Origin: Eubacteriales bacterium
Lineage (GTDB): Bacteria > Bacillota > Clostridia > Oscillospirales > QAKW01
Reading direction: 5' to 3'
Length of the DNA stretch: 64,000 nt
NCBI GenBank assembly: GCA_045544995.1
Contig: JAZQAE010000023.1
Coordinates: 43,138 to 107,137, forward strand
Below the pieces are notes generated by a model. That model searched no databases, was not told where the DNA came from, and saw only the letters and a list, made by a program, of their open reading frames with translations. Of the stretch, positions 9,680 to 15,294 are shown in pieces. Made by a program: the position numbers and the translations under genes. Within the stretch, counting starts at the first letter, position 1; each line of letters begins with the position of its first letter.

Positions 9680-10608
9680 AAGAAGCAACGAGAGAAAGCT
9701 ACGGTAAAGCTCTTGTGGAGTTTGCCGAAGAGTATGATCTTTATGTATTGGATGCCGACTTGGCTGCGGCTACCAAAACCTCTATTTTCAAGAAAGCTTA
9801 TCCTGAGCGGTTCATTGAATGTGGTATTGCTGAAGGTAATATGATGGGCGTGGCTGCCGGCCTGGCAACCACCGGCAAGACTGTTTTTGCCAGTAGTTTT
9901 GCAATGTTTGCGGCTGGTCGTGCTTATGAGCAGGTCCGCAACTCCATCGGTTATCCCCATCTGAATGTGAAGATTGGTGCAACCCATGCCGGTATCTCTG
10001 TCGGTGAAGACGGCGCTACTCATCAGTGCAATGAAGATTTGGCGCTGATGCGCACCATCCCCGGTATGGTTGTTTTAAATCCCGCAGATCCCGTTGAAGC
10101 CCGTCTCTGCGTAAAGGCTGCGATCGAGCATGAGGGTCCCGTTTATCTTCGTTTTGGCAGAATGCCCGTTGAGTCTATCTTTGATGAAAATTATAAGTTT
10201 GAAATCGGGAAGGGCGTTGTTCTGCAGGAAGGCAAGGATGTGGCGATCGTTGCTACCGGTTTGATGGTGGCACGTGCTGTTGAAGCTGCCGAGCTTCTGA
10301 AGAAGGACGGCATTGAGGCAACTGTAATCAATATGGCTTCCATTAAGCCTATTGATAAAGAGTTGGTTCAGCAGTATGCTGCAAAGTGCGGTGCTATCGT
10401 TACCACCGAGGAACACTCCGTTATCGGCGGTTTGGGTAGTGCAGTTTGCGAAGCTGTCAGCGAAACGGGCGGATGCCCGGTTATTCGCCACGGCGTTGAA
10501 GACTGCTTCGGTAAGAGCGGTCCTGCTGCCGATCTGTTGAACGTTTTTGGCTTGAATGCCGAGGGTATCGCAGAAAAGGCGAAACTTGCTATTTCTTTGA
10601 AGAAATAA
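9670..10608 (+). CDS. tkt: Transketolase, C-terminal (pyrimidine-binding) subunit
   Basis: FIECGIAEGNMMGVAAGLA... is typical of a split transketolase. Overlaps the N-subunit stop. Confidence 0.9.
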   Translation: MSLKEATRESYGKALVEFAEEYDLYVLDADLAAATKTSIFKKAYPERFIECGIAEGNMMGVAAGLATTGKTVFASSFAMFAAGRAYEQVRNSIGYPHLNVKIGATHAGISVGEDGATHQCNEDLALMRTIPGMVVLNPADPVEARLCVKAAIEHEGPVYLRFGRMPVESIFDENYKFEIGKGVVLQEGKDVAIVATGLMVARAVEAAELLKKDGIEATVINMASIKPIDKELVQQYAAKCGAIVTTEEHSVIGGLGSAVCEAVSETGGCPVIRHGVEDCFGKSGPAADLLNVFGLNAEGIAEKAKLAISLKK

Positions 10609-10614
10609 TTTATA

Positions 10615-10648
10615 ATCGGCGCCGATCCAAGGTCGGCGCCGATTTTTT
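10615..10648 (+). terminator. Intrinsic terminator after tkt
   Basis: ATCGGCGCCGA...TCGGCGCCGAT followed by T6. Confidence 0.8.
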
Positions 10649-10659
10649 CTAAAATCCTC

Positions 10660-10688
10660 TTGACGAACTGAACAAAAAAGTATATACT
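10660..10688 (+). promoter_or_regulatory. Sigma-A-type promoter for tRNA-Gly
   Basis: TTGACG-17 nt-TATACT, 16 nt upstream of the tRNA 5' end. Confidence 0.55.
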
Positions 10689-10704
10689 TTATGGAGTAAG
10701 AAAT

Positions 10705-10778
10705 GCGGGTATAGTTCATCGGTAGAATGCGACCTTCCCAAGGTTGATAGGTGGGTTCGACTCCCATTACCCGCTCCA
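10705..10778 (+). tRNA. tRNA-Gly (anticodon CCC), CCA encoded
   Basis: Hand-folded cloverleaf. Acceptor GCGGGTA/TACCCGC, anticodon arm CGACC-TTCCCAA-GGTTG, T arm GTGGG-TTCGACT-CCCAT. Confidence 0.9.
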
Positions 10779-10811
10779 AAAGGGACCTCAAAAATTAGAG
10801 GTCCCTTTTTT
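10779..10811 (+). terminator. Intrinsic terminator after tRNA-Gly
   Basis: AAAGGGACCTC...GAGGTCCCTTT followed by a T run. Confidence 0.8.
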
Positions 10812-10828
10812 AAAAATGAGGTGTAAAA

Positions 10829-11314
10829 ATGAGAAAAGACAAAGTGAATTATTATCTGGATATGGCAGATGCCGCTACCGGTCGGGCAACCTGTTTGCGC
10901 AGAGCGTTTGGCGCTATTATTGTAAAAAACGATGAGATCGTATCTACCGGCTATAACGGTGCTCCCCGTGGACGGGAAAATTGCAATGATTGCGGTAAAT
11001 GCATCCGTCAGGAACTTGGCGTTAATCGTGGCGAGCGGTATGAACTTTGTCGGTCTGTTCACGCTGAAGCAAACTGTATTATCTCTGCTGCACGCCGTGA
11101 TATGATTGATTCCACCTTGTTTTTGGTGGGACACGAAGTGGATACCGGAGAGTATGTAAAGAATACTGCTCCGTGTGCGATGTGTAAACGTTTGATCATC
11201 AACGCCGGTATTAAAGACGTTGTGGTAAGAGACAGCAAGGATGAATTCCATTCCTTCTTGGTAGAAGATTGGATCAAAAATGATGAGTCCTTGGATGGGA
11301 CGTTAGGATATTAA
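10829..11314 (+). CDS. comEB: Deoxycytidylate (dCMP) deaminase, ComEB-like
   Basis: Zinc-deaminase motifs VHAEANCI and PCAMCKRLI; 161 aa. Confidence 0.85.
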   Translation: MRKDKVNYYLDMADAATGRATCLRRAFGAIIVKNDEIVSTGYNGAPRGRENCNDCGKCIRQELGVNRGERYELCRSVHAEANCIISAARRDMIDSTLFLVGHEVDTGEYVKNTAPCAMCKRLIINAGIKDVVVRDSKDEFHSFLVEDWIKNDESLDGTLGY

Positions 11315-11316
11315 TA

Positions 11317-11350
11317 AAAAGCCCGGAAATGCAAGGCGTTTCCGGGCTTT
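11317..11350. terminator. Bidirectional terminator hairpin, copy A of a duplicated hairpin
   Basis: AAAAA-GCCCGGAAA-TGCAAGGCG-TTTCCGGGC-TTTT. Near-identical to 11641-11676. Confidence 0.75.
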
Positions 11351-11470
11351 TACAGACTGTCAAAAAAGTCCCCGACCGCAGAAAATGTAAAGAGCCAATA
11401 AGTTCATACCGGTTTTGCAATATAACGACGAGAAAGAGAAGCTGTTCTTTCCCGTTGTGCCTTTATAAGG

Positions 11471-11498
11471 AAAAAATCTGCATAGCGATGCAGATTTT
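11471..11498. terminator. Terminator-like hairpin inside the intergenic gap (better U-run on the minus strand)
   Basis: A6-ATCTGCAT-AGCG-ATGCAGAT-T4. Read on the minus strand, T6 follows it. Confidence 0.5.
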
Positions 11499-11598
11499 GA
11501 TTGGAATTTTCTGCTATCCGCCAAATCGCTCTCTACCGTACCCATGTACGCCGACGAGACCGCTTTGACGAATTCGGAAACATTTTTGAGAGTCTTCC

Positions 11599-11639
11599 CA
11601 ACGTGTCAAAGATAAAAAATAAGGTTCTTTGACACGTTG
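11599..11639. repeat. Perfect 14-bp inverted repeat (stem-loop, 13-nt loop)
   Basis: CAACGTGTCAAAGA...TCTTTGACACGTTG. No flanking U-run on either strand. Confidence 0.8.
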
Positions 11640-11640
11640 A

Positions 11641-11676
11641 AAAAATCCCGGAAATGCAAGGCATTCCCGGGATTTT
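11641..11676 (-). terminator. Terminator of the Cys-rich protein gene, copy B of the duplicated hairpin
   Basis: AAAAA-TCCCGGAAA-TGCAAGGCA-TTCCCGGGA-TTTT. The G..C to T..A difference from copy A is compensatory. Confidence 0.75.
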
Positions 11677-11677
11677 C

Positions 11678-12460
11678 TTAGCAATTGCCGTTCTCAGGCG
11701 GGAAGAATTCATTGGTGGGGAAGTTGAGTTTTTCAAAGAAACTGCAGGGCTCTTCCTCGCAAGGACCGGCACATTCTTTTTCGGGCAGACAGAATTTTGC
11801 CGCCGGGATCTTGACTTGTACGTCCCGCACGATGCGAACTACGCTGAATAGGCCTAAGGAGACTACCAACTTACGGTTGGCGGTATCGGTAAGTCCGTCG
11901 GGAAAACGTGCGGCAACGCAATCAGGAATATTTAAGGTATCGTAGTCCGAGCAACAGCAATTGCAAGAAGGATTTACAATGCGGGTGTTCAAGACGATGG
12001 GATCCACCACTTCAACCTCTGCTACCGGCAGATTGCCGATCTGGGTGCAGGCGGGATCGCAAGCGTTGTTGCAGGCGGAAGAAAAGGTGGTAGTACTTCC
12101 TTCGCTTCCGTAAAGAATGACCTTTTTATTGAAGTAGGAAAGACCTTCAATGATGGTGGGACGTGTATTTCCGGTATAAACCTCAAAATCGGTTTTGAAG
12201 TAAAACATCATATCAACGCCGTAAAATCCCTTGTTAAAGGGAACATCTTCCAGATTTACGTCAGTCCAGATCAATTCGGAGCGGCGGGCACGGACGTTGA
12301 CCGCATTATCGATCAGCGTTTGGTCCCCGGCACTTAAGTACACACGCATATCAGAAAGACAGTCCTTATCTTTACAGGTGTCGTAGATCTTTTGTACGTT
12401 TACGCAAATTTCCTCATCATAGTTTTGAACACAGCAGTTTTCGTTGTTGTTAATATCCAT
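11678..12460 (-). CDS. Cysteine-rich hypothetical protein (260 aa, 18 Cys); possible spore coat/crust component
   Basis: Long ORF with GGAGG 5 nt upstream of the ATG. Cys clusters at the N-terminus (NCC, ICVNVQKIYDTCKDKDC), the middle (CNNACDPAC, SCNCCC) and the C-terminus (CLPEKECAGPCEEEPC...NC). I recognise no family. Confidence 0.7.
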   Translation of the reverse strand: MDINNNENCCVQNYDEEICVNVQKIYDTCKDKDCLSDMRVYLSAGDQTLIDNAVNVRARRSELIWTDVNLEDVPFNKGFYGVDMMFYFKTDFEVYTGNTRPTIIEGLSYFNKKVILYGSEGSTTTFSSACNNACDPACTQIGNLPVAEVEVVDPIVLNTRIVNPSCNCCCSDYDTLNIPDCVAARFPDGLTDTANRKLVVSLGLFSVVRIVRDVQVKIPAAKFCLPEKECAGPCEEEPCSFFEKLNFPTNEFFPPENGNC

Positions 12461-12488
12461 AGTTGCCTCCTTATGGTTTAATCTATTT

Positions 12489-12515
12489 TATTTTATGAAA
12501 GAAACGCTAAATCGT
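12489..12515 (-). promoter_or_regulatory. Sigma-K-like promoter upstream of the Cys-rich protein gene
   Basis: The minus strand reads AC-16 nt-CATAAAATA, matching the B. subtilis sigma-K consensus AC-N16/17-CATANNNTA. The motif is short and of low specificity. Confidence 0.3.
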
Positions 12516-12524
12516 GAAAATTTA

Positions 12525-12553
12525 TTGAAAAACCACACATTCTGTGATATACT
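12525..12553 (+). promoter_or_regulatory. Sigma-A-type promoter for the lipoprotein/ClpP-like pair
   Basis: TTGAAA-17 nt-TATACT. Confidence 0.5.
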
Positions 12554-12582
12554 TTCTTCATAATCATTAAAGGATGTTTAAT

Positions 12583-13170
12583 ATGAAACGCTTAATAGTT
12601 TTGCTGATTGCAATCACAATGCTTTTGGTGTCCTGCGGCCCTGCATTCAACGAGGAAGAGCAGACTCTAAAACAGTTTGTAGATGCAATGAAGGTTTATG
12701 ACACCACAGAGATGTCGGAATTTTTGACGGAATTTCCGGATAATACGCCGTATGTCTATTTGGACGATATTTTTAATGACGCTAAATATCAAGAGTTGTA
12801 TCGCTTGTTGTATACTGACATAGAGTATGCGGTCACATCGTCGGAAAATAACCGGTTAACGGTGGATTTTACGATGCCGAACGTGCAAAAACTCTATACT
12901 GATACGGCAGCAATGGTGATGAACTTGGCTCTCAGCGATGAAACCTTGGTGAATAAACTCAATGAAAACGAAGAAAACGGCATTGTTTTAATTCAGGAGA
13001 TGATGCTGGCTCTTGCAAAACAAGAGGGAAGCGTCGAGAGGATGACAAGGACGTTTACCTTGACCTTTGAGCGAAAAGGGACGAAAAAAGTAATTGTTTG
13101 CGACGATGAATTACGTGCACTTTTGACAGGGAACTTTTTTCTGTCTAAGAATACAAAACTACCTGAATGA
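12583..13170 (+). CDS. Putative lipoprotein of unknown function
   Basis: Signal peptide with lipobox MKRLIVLLIAITMLLVS-C-GPAF. ATG 12583 has better SD spacing than 12574. Confidence 0.75.
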   Translation: MKRLIVLLIAITMLLVSCGPAFNEEEQTLKQFVDAMKVYDTTEMSEFLTEFPDNTPYVYLDDIFNDAKYQELYRLLYTDIEYAVTSSENNRLTVDFTMPNVQKLYTDTAAMVMNLALSDETLVNKLNENEENGIVLIQEMMLALAKQEGSVERMTRTFTLTFERKGTKKVIVCDDELRALLTGNFFLSKNTKLPE

Positions 13171-13222
13171 GCGATTAGAATGTATGAACTGTGACGATGA
13201 TAGTATTGAAGGAGAATAAAGA

Positions 13223-13786
13223 ATGAACGAACCTATTTTTAACCTTGGATCCGGAATTGAAAACTTAGATGCAAAGATGATGGAAAGCCGTAAGATCCTT
13301 GCTTTTGGAGCTTTGGACGAGAAATTGGCATGTCAGATTATTGCTAAAATGCTTTATTTGGCAGAAGAAGATGCGAAGGCTCCTATTACGCTTTATATCA
13401 ATTCTATCGGCGGCGCTGAGACAGAGATTTTGGGAATTTACGATGTGATGAAGAATCTTTCTTGTCCCGTGGAAACCGTATGCGTCGGAAAGGCGCACGG
13501 TCTTTCTGCTTTATTACTTGCCGGCGGTGCGAAGGGGAAGCGTCAAGCTTATGCGAATAGTGAGATCATGCTGATGCAAGTGGGCCGTGATCGTACCTTT
13601 GGTCAGGCATCTGATATTGAATTGGAGACGGAGCATCTTCTTCGTATGAAAAAGCGGGTAAACCACCTCTTGGCCTCATTATGCGGCAAATCTGAGGAGG
13701 ACTTGGCCGCCGATCTGGAACGGAAACATTGGCTTTTTGCGGATGAAGCAAAGGAATACGGTTTGATTGATACGGTAATTGACTAG
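13223..13786 (+). CDS. ClpP-family protein lacking the Ser-His-Asp triad (ClpR-like pseudo-protease)
   Basis: Collinear with ClpP (LYINSIGG..., ...KGKR..., ...EAKEYGLID). The catalytic positions read G (AHG-LS vs AAS-MG), M (MLM-QV vs MIH-QP) and K (ERK-HW vs DRD-NF). Confidence 0.75.
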   Translation: MNEPIFNLGSGIENLDAKMMESRKILAFGALDEKLACQIIAKMLYLAEEDAKAPITLYINSIGGAETEILGIYDVMKNLSCPVETVCVGKAHGLSALLLAGGAKGKRQAYANSEIMLMQVGRDRTFGQASDIELETEHLLRMKKRVNHLLASLCGKSEEDLAADLERKHWLFADEAKEYGLIDTVID

Positions 13787-14057
13787 GGTGGAGCAAATAA
13801 TCCAAACCCGCCTCAAAGCGGCATATTTCGGTGCTTTTTACCCAATTTATTCTTGCAAGGCGACAGCCTTGCTTCGCCTAAATTGAGCAAAAATCTCTCG
13901 AAATCGTCTTGCTTTTAGGTCAAAGATTTCAAAAAGTGCGGATTTTCGTTCAATCAAAGCAAAAACGCAGTTAATCCTGTCGGATTAACGAGGCTTTTAA
14001 TGAAGAGTGAGCGGAAATCCGCCTTTTTGAAACGAGTTCGGATTATTCGTTCCACCC
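13786..14057. repeat. 272-bp non-coding element bounded by 22-bp imperfect inverted repeats (19/22), TA-flanked, with nested internal hairpins
   Basis: GGGTGGAGCAAATAATCCAAAC (13786-13807) pairs with GTTCGGATTATTCGTTCCACCC (14036-14057). Internal helices lie at 13855-13872, 13938-13949:14011-14022 and 13970-13989. Confidence 0.7.
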
Positions 14058-14065
14058 TATGGATG

Positions 14066-14105
14066 GCCCACAGATTGAATTTTCTGTGGGCTGTTTTACT
14101 ATTTT
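14066..14105 (+). terminator. Terminator/attenuator-like hairpin in the leader of the MBL gene
   Basis: GCCCACAG-10 nt-CTGTGGGC followed by TGTTTTACTATTTT, 14 nt upstream of the MBL start codon. Confidence 0.55.
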
Positions 14106-14118
14106 GGGGGGTGATGGG

Positions 14119-15012
14119 TTGAAAAAACGCCAAAAAAAGGATCTTATAAAACTTATTGGAATTGCAGTATTTATTGCGGTCGGTATTCTCTCTGCTTTCT
14201 ATGCTAATGAGGAAAGCCTCTCTCCTGCGCCTTCTGATAATATTTCCGAGAATCATTTTGTCGATTTTATTGATTGCGGACAGGGGGACAGTACACTGTT
14301 GGTTTCTGATGGCGTTGCTACTTTGGTTGATGCAACTACTGGTGAAGAGGCGGAAAAGGTACTGGATCACCTGAAAAAGCGTGGAATTCAAAAGATTGAT
14401 CATTTTGTGTTGACACATCCCCATGAAGACCATATCGGCGGTGCGGAAGAAGTTTTGAAAAAGTTCCAGGTTGAAAACATTTATATGAAACGTCCTACTG
14501 TCGGAACAGAACCTACCACTTCGGTCTATTTGAATTTATTGAAGGAAATCAAAAGGCAAGGAAAAAAGGTTCATGCTGTTCAGCCGGATGATCAGTTTCA
14601 ATGTGGAAAATTTGAGATGTGCTTTTTGGGGCCGGTGGAGGAATATAAAGATTTAAACGATCAGTCGTTGGTATTGCAAGCGAGATATGGGGAAGTTTCT
14701 TTTCTCATCACAGGAGATCAGGAAACTCCGGCAGAAAACGATTTAGTTGCTCGTCGTGGATTGGCATTGAAAAGCACTGTTCTAAAGGTTGGACATCATG
14801 GGAGCAGCACCTCGTCCGGCAAAACGTTTTTGAAGGCTGTGGCACCGCAATATGCGGTGATTTCCTGTGGAAAAGGGAATACATACGGTCATCCCCATCG
14901 CAGTTTGATATCTCGTTTGGAAGACCAAAATATCGTTTATTATCGAACTGATACGCAGGGGACGATTACTTTTTATACGGATGGAGTTCATTTGAAGGAG
15001 GAAACGTCATGA
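14119..15012 (+). CDS. Membrane-anchored MBL-fold hydrolase, homolog of the ComEC C-terminal domain
   Basis: TTG start with SD GGGGGTGAT 7 nt upstream; the ATG at 14059 lacks an SD and would include the hairpin. N-terminal TM, then DCGQGDS...LTHPHEDHIGG...KVGHHGS motifs. Confidence 0.8.
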   Translation: MKKRQKKDLIKLIGIAVFIAVGILSAFYANEESLSPAPSDNISENHFVDFIDCGQGDSTLLVSDGVATLVDATTGEEAEKVLDHLKKRGIQKIDHFVLTHPHEDHIGGAEEVLKKFQVENIYMKRPTVGTEPTTSVYLNLLKEIKRQGKKVHAVQPDDQFQCGKFEMCFLGPVEEYKDLNDQSLVLQARYGEVSFLITGDQETPAENDLVARRGLALKSTVLKVGHHGSSTSSGKTFLKAVAPQYAVISCGKGNTYGHPHRSLISRLEDQNIVYYRTDTQGTITFYTDGVHLKEETS

Positions 15013-15224
15013 AGCAATATGGAATAGACCGTTTTGAAGGAGAGATTGCCGTTTTGGTTGACGGGGAAGGTCACTGTGTTAACATCCCTCGTGAAAAATT
15101 ACCTGCCAATGCCATGGAGGGGGATCTTGTTGCTATGCAAGATGGCGAATACCGAGTTTTGAATGAGGCGACAGAAGGGCGTAGAAAAGAAGTTTCAGAT
15201 TTAGTTGACGAGCTTTTTCAGTAA
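15009..15224 (+). CDS. DUF3006-like small protein
   Basis: 71 aa (MKQYGIDRFEGEIAVLV..). ATGA overlap with the MBL gene. This pairing with ComEC-type MBL genes is common. Confidence 0.65.
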   Translation: MKQYGIDRFEGEIAVLVDGEGHCVNIPREKLPANAMEGDLVAMQDGEYRVLNEATEGRRKEVSDLVDELFQ

Positions 15225-15228
15225 AATA

Positions 15229-15257
15229 GAATAAATATGAAAAAACCTTCATATCCA
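15229..15257 (+). promoter_or_regulatory. Sigma-E-like promoter upstream of spoIVA
   Basis: GAATAAA-14 nt-CATATCCA against the consensus kmATAww-14-CATACAhT. spoIVA is sigma-E dependent in B. subtilis. Confidence 0.3.
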
Positions 15258-15294
15258 TATACAAAACGAGTATGGAAGTATGGAGGTTTTTTCA

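Noticed and set aside
8789-9688. Long antisense ORFs opposite well-supported genes. Examples: 8789-9688, 10075-10791, 10649-11251, 4678-5196, 15292-15804, 22255-22857, 23857-24645, 34125-34625, 42085-42660, 57795-58235.
   Set aside because: Each lies entirely within, and opposite to, a gene with clear family motifs. They have no SD and low-complexity or odd composition. They are shadow ORFs typical of this GC range.
11329-11568. ORFs of 61-79 codons in the 11.3-11.7 kb gap (11329-11568 +, 11360-11545 -, 11533-11772 -).
   Set aside because: They have no SD, they start inside terminator hairpins or overlap the Cys-rich gene in another frame, and their composition is implausible (Cys/Pro/Arg-rich junk).
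13786-14057. T-box or another known riboswitch, retron ncRNA, or invertible promoter as the reading of the inverted-repeat element.
   Set aside because: GGGTGG occurs in both repeats, but the T-box 14-mer (AGGGTGGNACCGCG) and a specifier/terminator arrangement are absent. I could find no conserved cores of the B12, SAM, TPP, purine, GEMM or ydaO classes. No reverse transcriptase follows, which rules against a retron. There is no outward-facing consensus promoter inside, and the only recombinase is 44 kb away, which makes an inverton weak; I keep inversion only as a low-probability alternative in the finding.
14059-14118. ATG 14059 as the start of the MBL protein.
   Set aside because: It has no SD and would translate the terminator hairpin (MDGPQIEFSVGCFTILGGDG). 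TTG 14119 has a near-perfect SD and yields a normal basic-then-TM N-terminus.
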